Source: Camelus dromedarius
Lineage: Eukaryota
Direction: 5' to 3'
NCBI RefSeq assembly: GCF_036321535.1
Contig: NC_087436.1
Coordinates: 40,240,001-40,304,000, forward strand
DNA: 64,000 bases
The notes under the pieces were generated by a model. That model ran no database searches. It was not told the origin of the DNA and saw only the letters and a list, made by a program, of their open reading frames with translations. Positions 11,751 through 25,779 of this stretch are shown piece by piece; position 1 is the stretch's first letter, and every line of letters begins with the position of its first letter. The position numbers and the translations under genes are program-made.

Positions 11751-14217
11751 CATGAAGGAAGAAGAAAGAAGTGTTAAATTTCTTTTTGTTTTTTTTTTCA
11801 CTTGGCCAAGAAATTCTACAAGTGTATCCATACTTCCTTCACAGGAATACTCAGGAGTCAATCATGATATTGTTATACCAGGCAACAGCTGTAACTGTAG
11901 AATCTGGATAGTTAGAAGCTATTAACTGTTTAATAGCAGAATAGATTTTAATCTCTGCAACCTAGGCATCTTAAAAGACTTATTAGTTCAAATACTTCCA
12001 AAGAGAATTTTGCAATAACAGAAAATAAAACAGAGTTGTACATTTTTAAAAAATGCATCTTCCATATTTGAAAGGAAATAAGCCTGGTATTTTGAGAATA
12101 TTCTCAACTTAGTATAAGCTCTAACTTTATGAATTTGAATTGTGTTTGCACTTCTCTAGCTGCAAGAGGAGAAACAGTATATTCTCTCTTTGAGATTATT
12201 TTTCACTATCATTATTTTCAAGGCTAAGCAATGGAATTCAACATTAACAGTAGAAGAGAGAACAGGCTTAAAACATTTACATTTACGTTATAAGTAAAAG
12301 AAAAGGCAGAAAATATTGTGTTTTGCTTCTACATCAGGAATCATTTGTTTGAAGGAAATAGACGTATATCCAAATGAGCCTAAGTAAAATATTGTAAGTA
12401 AACTGATGCATATCTTGGAACTTACGGGCAAGAACCATAGCAAGCAAGATCCTTAAGACACAGAAAGTGTAAACCTCCAGAAAAATGAATGCATCTATTT
12501 CTTCTTTTACTTGCTAGGGTCAAATGATCTACTTCTTAATCACAATTGAATATGTTTATTCATTTTTTTTGTTTCTACTAATAAGCTCCCTCTTCATGCT
12601 TTTAGACTAGCGTGGCCTGAATGTTGTGACTCCAATATGGCAACCTTAGCAAATGGATCAATACGTCTTAAAGGACTAGGTCTTATATATAACTGAAACA
12701 TACCTCTCATATTCCAACTCTATTTCCTAAGAGTTAGAGATTATACCTTGGTCTAATTTCAGCAATATCTTTCTCTAATGCTATTAGCTGTGAACAAGGT
12801 AGAAGGTGGTGTTGGAGGGAACTTGGACATGTCGTTCTATCCATACATCCGTTATGTGAGAGCTGACTACTGAGAGAAAGGAATGGATAGTTAGATGAAA
12901 AATGAATGGCTTTCAGAGCCAAGTTCAATGTAGGTACCCCAAAACTAACTACTTCGTGAAGAGTGCCCCAAATTTTAAAATGTGTAAAAGTATTCTCTCA
13001 GGTTCAATTTACAGAAATTATTTACATTTTTATTGTTTATTTCTCCATTATTCTCTTAAAGCCTTTTCTGTCTCTCAGCAGAAAGATCAATTGGGATGGG
13101 AAAGAACATGTTATATAAAAGGGTTGGCTTTTGACAAAATCAAAGACTTGGGGGAAAATGTAAAACAATCAATGTAGGAAGAAAGAAGAAAATCACGAGT
13201 AACTGGAGTATATCAGTTTGTTATATTATGCTAATTTGCTAAAATTATACAAAAAATAATAAAATCACAACATATTTGCATTTCCTAATTTTCTTTTTAA
13301 TTTATCTCCAAATGTTTTCTACTTTCTACTATATACTAGCATTTTTTTTCCTGGCATCTGTCTTGAAATAAAGAAACTACACATAAAGAATAAATTGAAT
13401 GGCATTTAACAGTCTCTTCTACTTATGTATTTTCACTTATTTAAAGCTGAACGTGTATTACGATGGCTGAAGACAATGCCTTGTTAGATGAAAATGTGAC
13501 TTTTCAGATTCTGTAATTTTCACTGAAGTGTAATTAGAGAACTTTCAGAAAAACAGCTAAAGTAGAATAAGATGAAAAATCATATTGATCAGTGTCAGGA
13601 AAAAGCTATTCTCAACACACATATTGTTGGCAGTTTACATCAGTTCAAGTGAATGTAGAAAATGTCTAATCTGTAAAGACCATTTACAGACAGAAGGGTA
13701 AGTGCACATCAATTCATAAACAGTAGCTGTGGTCTATTTCCATTATTATTATGTATTTGGCACTTTTTCTTCCCTGAGAGTCCATTTCTAATGTCATAGT
13801 TTACTATAGCTCTTACCTCTTTAAAATTTAAAGATAGTCTCATCTTAATATTGGAGGACACTTAGAATAGATTTCAGGTAAGTATAGACTAAGTAACATA
13901 TTTTCTAAAGCATTGTTTCTTTCTGTTTCTTTTTTATGCTTTAAAATAAAGAAAAATGTGCTATGTAAAGTAATGAAAAATATCAGAAAAATTTTTGTTA
14001 CTATTATTGTATTATTAGACATGGCATAAGGAATCTCTTTAAGTTACTGACTCAAAACACATTGAACAATCCAAATTATATATCTTAATACATTTATTCA
14101 GAATGCATTTATCAAACCTTATGATTTTCAAACATTGCAAAGAGGACAAATCAGGTCCTAAGTTAACAATAAGATTTAAAATAACTTACTTTTTTTTAAT
14201 TAAAAATTCTAAAGATT

Positions 14218-14365
14218 GGCAGTATGGTATGGTGAAAGGACTTTGGACTGAAAGAATGATCTGTGTTCAAACCTTTTTGTCATCTGTTTCTTGCTCTGTG
14301 ACTCTGTATAAGAGATAATTTAGGTCTTAAAATCACAGATTGTTTCTCTGTAACTTAGGAAAGAT
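14218..14365 (+). mobile_element. MIR fragment
   Basis: 'ggcagtatggtatggtgaaag...gatctgtgttcaaacc...gctctgtgact'. Confidence 0.65.
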
Positions 14366-15009
14366 ACCATATTTCCTCATTTCAAATATACAACTTTTCA
14401 GCATCTCTCATAATTGGGATGGAGATTATATAACTCACAAAATCAACTTGTCAGTTTACAGGCAGAGAATTAAGTGTTGTGAGGTTACTGTCTTTCTGTA
14501 ATGAACTGAAACACTGATTTGGGGACATCTATTTATTTGATTGTTAACTGAGTTAATTTTTTTTTTTTTGCATCAGTTTCAGTAGAAATTGTCAAGTCTC
14601 TTGGGAGAGATCAAAACTTGGAAAGATGTAAGAATGATTTCAAAGGACTATTACTTAGGTCTTAAATATATGTTAAAACTTATCAACTGGGTTAGAGAAG
14701 AAATCAAACTAAATTAAAGGAAAATAAAACCCAAAGTTAAAACCTAAAAGCGATTTCCAAATAGGAAGTGCAAACAAACTGCAGATAGTCTCCAATACAT
14801 CTATCCATATAGATGTTATGAAAGAAGTGATACTATGTGTAGAAATGTATCTAATTGTCTGAAGTATTTTTTTAAAAACTACATATTTCTTGTAACAGTA
14901 CAAGAAACACAAAACTGTTTTGTTTTACGGAGTGATCAATCCCATAAATATAAAAAACAGTGAGATAATACAAGTACACATTTTAAATATGTATTACAAA
15001 ATAATCGTG

Positions 15010-15867
15010 GTATCTTCCACTCCAGTGAAGATGGAGTAATGATACACTGCTGCGTAAAAGTAAAAACAAACAAAAAATCAGACAAAATATTTGAAACAAC
15101 AGCACTTGAGGGCCTGGGTATCAAGAAGTGAAAGACAAAGAATGGGAAATAAGGAGGTGGCCCACTTTCCAGGCTGTAGTACAGGAAGAGGAAGTCCAGA
15201 CAGAGCCCACACTCTCCCTGAATTTAGGAAATGGAGCTAGATGTCTTGGGAAGCCAAGGAGGGTAGAATCTGCAGGACAGAGTACTACAGAAAAGAGAGG
15301 TACCCAGAGAGAGAAGTTCAAATCCATTGAGAAGAGCTTCTTGAATATTCAGTTGATTACTGGTCATAGAATGAAGTAAAGACACCACCTGGTGCCAGGA
15401 AAAGAACCCTCCAGAAGATTAGAGGTAAGAGTATCTGCATTTAAAGGGGATATAGAACAACACATGTTCTTAACAACCAAAGTAGAAAACTACAATTGGG
15501 GGCCACTGGTTACAGTATTAAGCAGGGTCTTGCCACAAAGGTGGTAGAAAAATTAATCCTAGATTAAACACAGTTCTAATCCAGATTAACAAAGTTTAAG
15601 AGCAAGATTCAAAAGGATAAAACTATTTCCAAAAAGCTTAACTGTATCCCCAAAACAAGCTCAAGAATATAGTAACATAAAAACATTCAGTAACAGTTGA
15701 GGTAGAATTCATGATGATTGGTGCCCCACAAAATGACCAGATACGCACATAAGGAGGAAAATAGAAAATCTAATGAAGAGAAAACAAAAACTGACCCAAA
15801 AATTATACAGAGAGTAGAAAGCATAAAAACAAACACTAAAACAGTAATTACAAAAATATACCCTATG
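15010..15867 (+). mobile_element. Old L1 5' UTR/ORF1-start relic (L1MC/L1MD 5'-like)
   Basis: Homologous to 22340-23490 ('ctccctgaatttaggaaatggagct...gggaagccaagg...tgcaggacagagtac'), followed by A-rich ORF1-like sequence. Confidence 0.7.
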
Positions 15868-15975
15868 TCCACTTTGGTTAGTGTGGTATCTGATAGGTTT
15901 CCCCTTTCTAAAGTTACTGTCTTTCTCTTTATGATTAATATCATGTTGATGTATATTATTCATGTAAATTTATGA
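15868..15975 (-). mobile_element. L1MC-type 3' UTR fragment
   Basis: 'ttggttagtgtggtatctgataggtttcccctttctaaagttactg'. Confidence 0.6.
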
Positions 15976-18315
15976 TGTGTTTCTAATTATGTATAAATTG
16001 TCATAAATTTTAACATTCATAATGAAAAATAAACCATATTCTCCAAAGGACACTAGATTCATCTTCATATTTATTTAATCCCACATGCACTTACATACTT
16101 ACTTATGTTTTAACACACATCTAAGTTTGACAAAGGGGGAAAGAATCTTTCCTTTTGTCCCTTTAATTTCTGAACTCTGCACTTAAGGAACAAATATCTC
16201 TCCCTCTTGATCATCTACATAGTATAAGCTACTTGATTCGGCCAACTGATAAGAATGTGGTCTTAGGACAGGTTTCTTCTCAATCTTAGCTCTTCTTTTT
16301 ACTCTTTCTTTGGCTTGAGACAAAAACACACTTTCTTTGAGACACCTCACCCAGAAAGTGGAAATCATACTTGCTAAAGAGGAGAGATACAATTAAAATG
16401 CTTAGGATATAGTAGGCACTCATTAAATGTCAACTTTTAGGGAAAATGATGATGATGAAGAAAAGAAATGAGCATGAATAGTTAAAGAAATGGAACTTGA
16501 ATTTTTTAATAAGGCCATGTGTTTAAACAGAAGTCACCTGTTCTTTTCCTGATTGGCTGCTATTTATCTGTGTGTGTCTGTGTGTGTGTATTTTGTATTT
16601 ATAATATATTTTACCCTCCTTTCAAGAGTTCTAGTTTAAAAATGCAGACTGCTAGAATCAATGTCTTACCATAGAGAGAACTTTCTACTTGACCCTTGTG
16701 TTTGGAAGAGGTACAGTGAATTTTCAAACTCTTTTAATATTTTCCTATTTGGTCCATTGCTAGAAAATTCAATGACATGTGAGTTGAAGTGCTCTGTATA
16801 ATCTATAAGGCAGCATATAAATATAAGCAGTTTTAACAGTACTTATTAATATGTTTAACCATTCTAATTTTGTTGAAAACTGTTTTACTGTGGAGCTCCT
16901 TGACTCAATAGACACAAACACACAATTGCTTTTAATGGGCTACTAGATAGAGTAATATGTAGCAGTGTGGGTACTAAGACTTCAAAATTCTAGGGGAAAT
17001 GGAAGTTAAATAGTAAAAATATTACACTGATATTAATCTCACAGTCATGTTGATAGCTCCTAAAAAAATCAGGATTGATGAATTAATCACACTAACATAA
17101 CCTAAGAAAGTGGACTTGATTACTTTGCTTGGAAAGGATCGTTTCTTTAATCTTACAAGTGTTTACCAATTCAGAAAAAGGTTAAATGAACCTTATTTTC
17201 TTCAGCTATATTCATAGCTATTTTGGGTGATTATCTAGAGCTAATGAGGTTATGGGGGCGATTCATTAGTTTGGCTTCTATGTTAGGTAACCTGAAATTT
17301 ATACAATTTATTGCATACCTTTGAAAGACTGGTGATATAAGAAGCCTGTTGGTAGCTAGAATATACTTCAGAAGACTGTGGGAATTTGGTTATTCCTTAT
17401 AATGGTTATCTAAAGGTGTCTGCTGAATTGGAAAAAAAATGTTTTCTACAAATAAAATTCACACTTTCATCAAATTATTGATTATAGTTTAATTTTATAT
17501 GACTATGTTTAGTCATATAATATGAAGGCATTTAATCAAGTAAAACAGCAATTTATACTATACAGATCATAGTACCCACACTTTAGAATCCAATGTCATT
17601 TGCCTAAGACTTTAATAACGGGCTCAGAATTTCAAATTTTGTTTATTTATATGTGTATTTCAATAAGGTTTTAAACTATTTCCTTACAATCAAATTTTTA
17701 TACTTAATTTTAAATTTATAAATACTTAATTAGAAAAGGATACTGGTAAGTGACTGAAATAAATAAACTAACATGTAATAACAAATTCAGTTTGCCACCA
17801 AAGGGATGTACTCCTGCAGGAAAACTATACGAATTTTGATTTGAGTTGAAATGGTTTATGGTGCACTGCGAGATTATAATTTGCATAGCCTAGACTGAGG
17901 TAGATTAGTTTGCAGTGTGGTTTAAGTATAGTTTCTGGTAAAGCAAAGGATTACTGCTTTTTGTTCTTCCTTTTTGAATGCTTGTAACTACACATTTTAC
18001 TGGGTAGATGATGTGTTATCCTGAAGCTGATTGTAAAAGTAAATGAATTATTTCCTTAACCAAAAAAAGAAAAAAAATCTAGTTTATTCTGCCATAAAGT
18101 AAAAAGTAAAACCACATCAAGTTATTATAAAGATACATTGAATTTCAGAACCCAGAAAGTATCAGTAGAAATGTGTAGGTATGTATTTGTATAAAAATGC
18201 TCATATTTTGGAATGAGGAGTTTTTAAAGCATCTATTGGCTATGATATGCTTAAATATACAATTAAAATATGAAAAGGTAGCATAATATTATTCTGATTG
18301 TTTTATAATACTGAA

Positions 18316-18640
18316 TGTAGTAGTTTCCCAGGGTTGCCCTAATAAATTACACAGACTGGGTGGCCTAAAACAACAGAAATGTGTTCTCTCACAATTCTGG
18401 AGGCTAGAAGCTTTAAATTAAGGGGTTGTCAGGGCCATGATCACTCCCTGAAAGCTCCCAGGAAGACCTCATTGGTTCTTATAACTTCTGAGGATTCCCC
18501 GACTTGTAGGGTTATCATTCCTCCATTGTCACATAGTATGACCCCTGTGTGCCTGTGCCTCTGTGTCTGAATTTCCCTCTTATATGGTTCCAGGTGGGCA
18601 TGACACAAATTTTGAGTGGAAACTATTCAACCCCAGTACA
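18316..18640 (-). mobile_element. MaLR LTR (MLT1B/C-like), internally deleted
   Basis: tgtagtagtttcccagggttgcc start; 'aacaacagaaatgtgttctctcacaattctggaggctagaag'; end 'ctattcaaccccagtaca'. Confidence 0.85.
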
Positions 18641-20027
18641 TATACATATACATACTGAGATCCAAATTATAATGCTTACATGAAGGATCAGTCTTCCAGG
18701 TTTCTGCTGAATTTATTGATTGATGATCTTATGTGAGTTTCTAAGGTTTTATCAGATCATTGGAAAAATTTATTGTATGTTCAGTAGTGGTGAATATATC
18801 AATATGGTGAAAAAACAGGTAAGAATATAGAAACAAGAAGGAGAAGTTTAAAATCTTGAAACTTAAATAATTGTGTTTGCAACATAATCACGTAGTATCT
18901 TGGTATCTTGGGAAAAATAAATCAAATTCATGGAACTATTAATGTTGTTTTTTCTAACCCTGGAAATTGATTATAATAACAAAAGAGAAAAATTTATGTT
19001 TAAAGTTAGAAATTGTGAGGTGCTTCTACATTATATAAACATAGCTAAATTACCTAACATTTAAGTACTCTTTTCCATAAAGTAGGTCTTCTGATGGTCA
19101 ATCCATCAAATGGGACTGGTCAGACCTTAAAATATATGTTGCACAGTGTCATCAAATGACCTGAGATATTTTGTATTCATGAGCTTACTGGGAGATGCTT
19201 GTTGCAATTAATGTTTTAAGGAGAGGAGAATTACCTCTGTCAATTATACATCAGCTATAATACATGCAGCTCTGAGATAGCTAGATGAAAGTTATTTATA
19301 AGCCTTTTAAAACCCAGCAACAAAATCACTTCATACCTGAGTGATGGGTGTATGCTGCTAGCAAGTATTTGTTTTTCTCCCAGAGTATTTTTTGTAATAA
19401 ATTAAAAATGTGGTACTTAATATATTCACATTAAATAATAGATCTCTGTGAAATTTTAAGGTGCTTATATCATTTTCTAACTATGGGGGAAAATATTTTA
19501 AGTTGGAAGAAGAATAATTTTGCACCAAATGTTAAAGTAAAAATAAAAAAGCGAAAATGGAAAAAAAGTTGTTTAAGTAAAAAAATTAGACATTTTAGAT
19601 TCATGTAATTTATATAATTTCATACAATTCTTGGTTTGGTTTGAAATAACTTGACATATAGTGTACATCTATTATCAAATTATTTCAAAAGCAAAATTTA
19701 AACAAGTATTTCAAAATTTTACAGCAAAGTTTAATAGGGGATGCATGCATTTTAAGATGTCGGAAAAATATGATTGTCTAGTGATGCTCTCCTATCAAGA
19801 ATCATTTGGGAATATGGAAAAAGATGAGGAAAAAGTCATCAAACCAAAGGCTTTGGAGACTTAAGAAGGCAAGAAAGAATTATGGGCAAGAACCAAAAGA
19901 ATAAGGAAAACAGAGATGTGAGCATGGCATTTAGGGCTGCATTTCCCCTCTGCTCTGCTGACTCAAAAAGAAGCAAATGAGAAACTCTGAGGCTGAAATG
20001 AACTTTTCACTGTTTCCTAGGGCTAGG

Positions 20028-20237
20028 GAGGGTTTTTCAATATTAAATTTTTGCACTGGATAACTCTTTGTTCTGGGGCTGTCCTGTGTATTGTAGAAAG
20101 TATAATAGTATCCCTGTTCTGTACCCACTAGATGCTAGCAGCAACAACCTTCCTCTACCAAGATATGATAACAAAGTTGCCCCCAGGTAATACCAAAAAT
20201 ATCCTGGGACAAAATAGTGCCTAATAAAGACCTGCTG
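20028..20237. mobile_element. MER20 (hAT-Charlie) DNA transposon relic
   Basis: 'ggataactctttgttctggggctgtcctgtgtattgtag...tacccactagatgctagcagca'. Confidence 0.85.
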
Positions 20238-20689
20238 GGCTAAAGGAACTAAAATTTTAGTTTGCAGCTCCCAAAGAGGGGTTTCCAGATAAATGCTTCA
20301 TGCTTTTAACTGAAACCTAAAAAGATACTATTCTACTTACAGATATAACTATAAACTTGAAACAAACTGGGCCTGGAATGGGGTAAGGCCCAACTTTAAA
20401 ATATTTGGACCCCTAAAATTTTAAGTGGTTTGAGATTGCTAGTACACCAAGTGTCTGCAAAAAGCAAACTTAATGCTTACCTCATTCTAGGCCACAAATA
20501 ACGTTTACAAATGTTCAATTCACTGTATACCATTTAATCAACCTAAGCAGGCACTCAACAAGAGTAGACACCATGATCAGAATTCAAAGAGATACTATAA
20601 ATTGTCTCTTCATTACATTGGAATTATCACACACAGACTTTTAAAATGTGTATGCATAATATATTTGAGCAAATAAAAGGTGGGATTGC

Positions 20690-22146
20690 CAAAACGGTGG
20701 TATTGGCACAAAAGTAGACATATGAATCAATGGAACAAAATAGAGAGCCCAGAAATAAACCCACACAGCTATGGTCAATCTTTGACAAAGTGGGTAAGAA
20801 TATACAATGGAGACAAGACAGTCTCTTTGACAAGTGGTGTTAGGAAAGCCACATGTAAATCAGTGGTTAGAACGCTCCCTCACACCATACACAAAAATAA
20901 ATTCTAAATGGCTTAAAGACCTAAACATAAGACAGAACACTACAAATTTTCTAGAAGAGAACATAGGCAAAACATAAATCACAGCAATGTTTTCCTAGGG
21001 CAGTCTCCCAAGGCCATAGAAATAAAAGCAAAAATAAACAAATGGGACCTAATTAAACTTATAAGTTTTGCATAGCAAAGGAAACCATAAGCAAAATGAA
21101 AAGACAACCTGTGAACTGAGAAAAAAATATGTGCAAACAATGAGACTGACAGGGGTTTAATTTCCAGAATATATAAACAGCTCATACAACTTAATAACAA
21201 CAACAACAACAACAACAAAAACCCAATCCAAAAATGGGCAGAAGACCTAGACAGAAATTTCTCTAATGAAGACACACAAATGGCCAATAGGCACATGAAA
21301 AAATGCTCAATATTGTTAATTATCAGAGAAATGCAAATCAAAAGTACAATGAGGTATCTATCACCTCACATGGGTTAGAATGGCCATCATTAAAAAGTCC
21401 ACAAATGACATACGCTGGAGGGATTGCAGAGAAAAGGAACCCTCCAACACTGCTGGTAGGAATGTAATTTGGTGCAGACACTATGGAAAACAGTATGGTG
21501 ATTTCTTTAAAAACTAAAAAAGAGTTACCATATGATTCAGCAATCCCACTCCTGGGAATATATCCAGAGAAAACTTAAATTTGAAAAGATACATGCACCC
21601 CAATGTTCATAGCAGCACTATTTACAATAGTCAAGACATGAAAGCAATCTAAATGTCCATGGACAGATAATTGGATAAAGAAGATGTGGGGGGTGTGTGT
21701 GTATACAATGGAATACTACTCAGCCATAAAAAGAAATAATGCCATTTGTAGCAGCATGGATAGATTTAGAGATTATCATACTAAGTGAAGTAAATCAGTC
21801 AGGGAAAGAAAAATATATAGTATCACTTATATGCGGAATCTAAAAAAAATGATACAAATGAACTTATTTACAAAATAGAAAGAGACTCACAGACATAGAA
21901 AAGAAATTGATGGTTACCAAAGGGGGGTTGGGGGGAGGGATAAATTAGGAGTTTGGCATTAGCAGATATAAACTATTATACATAGAATAAATAAACAACA
22001 AGTTCCTACTATATAGCACAGGGAACTATATCCAATATATTGTAATAACCTATAATGAAAAAGAATATGTATGTATAACTGAATCACTATGGTGCACACC
22101 AGAAACTAACACAACATTGTACAGCAACTATACTTCAATAAAAAAT
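20690..22146 (+). mobile_element. 5'-truncated L1 (ORF2 C-terminus, cetartiodactyl-type 3' UTR, A tail)
   Basis: ORF2 peptide [23 protein letters not shown]. 19-bp TSD aaataaaaggtgggattgc (20671-20689) / aaataaaaggtgagattgc (22147-22165). Confidence 0.97.
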
Positions 22147-22339
22147 AAATAAAAGGTGAGATTGCAAACTTTCCTTGAAAATTGGAAAGCACAAAAATAA
22201 AATAAACAGAAGTTCTAGAAGTGAATGAAAAAACTAAAATTAGAGAGGTAGCACTTATGGTGAAAAACTCCTCAGAGGCCTCCAAAACAATAAAAAGCTA
22301 TGGAAAATAGAAAAAAATAAAGAAGATACAGAGTATAGA

Positions 22340-23490
22340 AGACTTTGCTTCTGGTAAAGAAGAGTTACAAAGGACAGATTTACCTGCCCTCTCTGTGCCT
22401 GAAAAAACAACAACAAAAGAAAATTTTAAAACGATATATAAATCAACAGTCTTCAAGATAGTGTACATTGGGCAAAGAAGGACATTGGTCCTTGAGATAC
22501 AAGAGCCAAATGAGGTGTACCCTAAAATTGCCCTTACTGCCTTGAGAGAGTTTCCAGACTTTAGTGTAAAGAAGAGAAATTGATGTGGAGCCCTGGGAAC
22601 TCCCTGAGTTGAGAAGATAGAGCTGAGTGCAGGGAAACCAAGGAAGCTAGAGTTTGCAGGGCAAAGTACCAGAGAGACGAGAGCTGTACAAAGAGAGATT
22701 GGCAGGTCCATCTTGAGTATTCAGAAGAGTATTTATCATATATGCGAGGAAACACTTGAGGCCTGGGGAAGCACCACCCAAAGGATTTAAGGAAACAGTG
22801 CCTGTAGTTCCACCCGCAAGCCAGGCTAGAAAATTTTTTAATCCAAGGGGCACTGGGCAGAGTCCTCAGGAAAGTCTTACATCAGTAGTTGGGAATAGCC
22901 CTAGCTGGAGCATTGCCCCAAAGCTATGTTTAAAAAAAAGAAAGAAAAAAGCAACACCCAGAAGGATAAAACTGCTTTTAGGTACTTTATTACACCACAG
23001 AACAAAGCACAAGGATATTTATAGAAATACAAACATATCCAACACACAATGTCTACCATCCAACAAAATTTTTCTAGCATACAAAGAACCAGAATAATAT
23101 CTCCTATAATAAGAGGAATAATTATTCAATAAAAGTTAACATAGAACTGGGATGAATGTTACCAGTAGCAGATAAAAATATTAAAACTTTTTATTATATT
23201 CCATTTGTTCAAAAAGTTAGAGACATGGGGAATGTAAGAAGATAGTTAAACTTTTAGATATGAATGCTATAACATTAAAGAGGAAAAATACACTACATAT
23301 ATGATAATTTGGATAATGTGGATAAGGATAATTTGCCTAATAGGCATATTACACATTGTAGGAGTGAAAAATAATGAACCTGAAGGCATAGCAATATAAA
23401 GTACGCAAAATGAAACATATAGGGGGAAATCATTTTAAAAAATGAAAAGAGCATCATTGATCTGTGGAACAATATTTCTAGATATGACAT
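22340..23490 (+). mobile_element. Old L1 5' UTR plus ORF1 relic (L1MC/L1MD 5'-like)
   Basis: Homologous to 15010-15867, with ORF1-like 'aaaagagcatcattgatctgtggaacaatat'. Confidence 0.75.
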
Positions 23491-23559
23491 CTATAAATGA
23501 CAAAAGGGTATCCATCAGGGGGTAGCTTCTAATTGATCTCCCCAGTGACAGTAATGCCA

Positions 23560-23925
23560 TTTCCCTCTCTGGACAAATGAAGCAGTTCTTGTTAACGAGA
23601 TAGGAAGAAAAATCTGTTGGAAGATGTATGGGAAAGCTTTTCTTTGTCTGAAGGAGACACGCCAGACTATCTTCCTCTTTTATGTATGTGGTATCAAGAA
23701 ATGTTGTGAGATGCTGTGACCTTGAAGGCAGTCAGCCTGAGGATAAAGCTCACAACCAAGTACTGCAGAGAAAACTAAATGGAAAGAACCAGAGCACCTG
23801 ATGATTTTACTGAGTCACTGAATTAACTAACTGTCATCCATTGGGACATAGTCTGTGTGATAATTTTTCTCACTGTTTAAGCCACTTTAAGTAGAGCTCT
23901 CTGCTACTGTGGCTGAAAATATGTT
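23560..23925 (+). mobile_element. MaLR LTR (MLT1J-like)
   Basis: 'atggaaagaaccagagcacctgatga...ctgagtcactgaattaac...ctgtttaagccactttaag'. Confidence 0.7.
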
Positions 23926-24082
23926 GGCATGATTGTCCAAGTCCATAAACTAGAACCCAATATCCACAACTGAATTAAACAACTCTGAAAACTTCCAAAG
24001 ATACATTCAAGTATCTTTTAAAGAGAATATATTCTTCTTGCCAGCAGCTGCGCTAATTCCTGGATAAAAGAAGGGGCTTCCA

Positions 24083-24193
24083 GATTCTTTTCCATTATAT
24101 GTTACATGTATGTATGTGTATAACTAAATCACTTTGCTGTATGCCTGAAATTAACATTGTAAATCAACAACATTTCAATAAAAAATTTTTTTA
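24083..24193 (+). mobile_element. Miniature L1 3' end with a ~25-bp 5' inversion
   Basis: TSD aaaagaaggggcttcca (24066-24082) / aaaagaagtagcttcca (24194-24210). The body matches the 3' terminus of the L1 at 22040-22146. Confidence 0.9.
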
Positions 24194-25139
24194 AAAAGAA
24201 GTAGCTTCCAAAGTCCTTAAACCTAATCTGGTAATTCTAGTCCAACATACTTTCCCAAAACTTTTCTAAATACAGCCCTAGAATAACAAAACTAAAATGT
24301 CAATATTATAAAATCACTCTCCTCTAAGAAATTCTCCAATAGTTTTGTGCTAACTGAAGGTTTTCCTTAGCTTTCATGCAGGGAATTTCATGAGGTGATA
24401 TGCCTCTCTAGTGTCATTTTCTATCACCTACTATCAAAATGTTTTATTTTTAAGCTACTAAATTTAGATAATTTAATTAGCACCTTCTCTTGTTTTTATT
24501 TAACAAATACAGTTAGGAATATTTCAAAGATTTCTTGAACTTAGCTCTAGTATATACTGCACTATCTCCATAAAATTCAACTTCTAAGTCTCAGATTCTT
24601 TGTCAATCCTTCAAGAAAATCTTTGTAGATGATCACTGGACTACTTCTTACTCAGTAGAAATTTCTGTTCATTGCATGGTATAATTTTACTACTCCATTG
24701 TTTGGATGTGTCTTGTAAATGCCTTTTTCTCAGCTGAGGAATACTTTATTGGGGGGGGTCAATGTTAGTAAATCAATCACTTTTTAAAATATACAAACCC
24801 TAGATTAGTAAATAGAAAACAATAATTATTTAGTTGCTTAGTGAATGAATGGATGATCTATGCATCAATTTATGAAAAATTCTGTGATAAAAGATTATTT
24901 GAATGTCTTGGCTTAAACGATAATAAAGTATTGAACAAATATTTTTCTTATCATTTTGTAAATATTGTGCTGTACAAAAAAATATTTCAATATACTGTAT
25001 GTACCTGTATTAAATCCAAGAATAATATAAGTCAATAAAATAACAAAGGTATTAAAAACAATAGATACTATCATTAAAATGGTAGAAAACAATTTGGACT
25101 TGCAAAGAAGTTTGCTTGGTTGCCATCATATTACAATCT

Positions 25140-25260
25140 TACTTCAGTTTCTATATGCAAATAAAGATAAAATTACAGTGATATATTTTTGTGAGACTAA
25201 AATGAGATAATTTATGTTAAAGTCCTTTGTAAATGATTATTAGCTATACATGTTAGCTCT
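25140..25260 (+). mobile_element. MIR fragment
   Basis: 'cttcagtttc...ttgtgagactaaaatgagataatttatgttaaagtcctttgtaaa'. Confidence 0.6.
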
Positions 25261-25779
25261 AAATTTACCAAGTCCTACTTAACATATAATCAAAATCACT
25301 TGTCATAGGCCGCATCTGCCGGGCTGGTACATGGTATATTCTGCTATATACATTTGAGGTAATCTAGCATATTTACATAGAAGAAAGAAAATAACAATTT
25401 TCACTGACCAGATGCAAACAAAGCTTTTTAAAGCTATCTGTATCCATACGGTTATCTTCCTTCCTTTCACTCTAGATAAAGATTAACTCATAGCTTTCAT
25501 AATTGCTAAATTATAAAGAGGATACTTGCTCTTCTCTGAAGTTATATTGCTATCAGATCATATAAATTTGCATGATCTTTCTCCTGGGATGTGGTGAAAA
25601 AATAACTCACTTCTACAGAAAACAACAAATCATTATTTAAAGACTGGTTCAACCGGCAGCTCATGAATCATATATGACGCAGCACTAAAAATAATAGCTT
25701 TAAAAACAACACTGCATGATCATTGTGTTAAGAAATGTAGTTGAAGACATATGTAGGCTCTGCAAGTTACGTGCTAAAA

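Noticed and set aside
20979..21341. Hydrophobic minus-strand ORFs (also 47665-48936)
   Set aside because: They are antisense translations of A-rich L1 ORF2, a common artefact.
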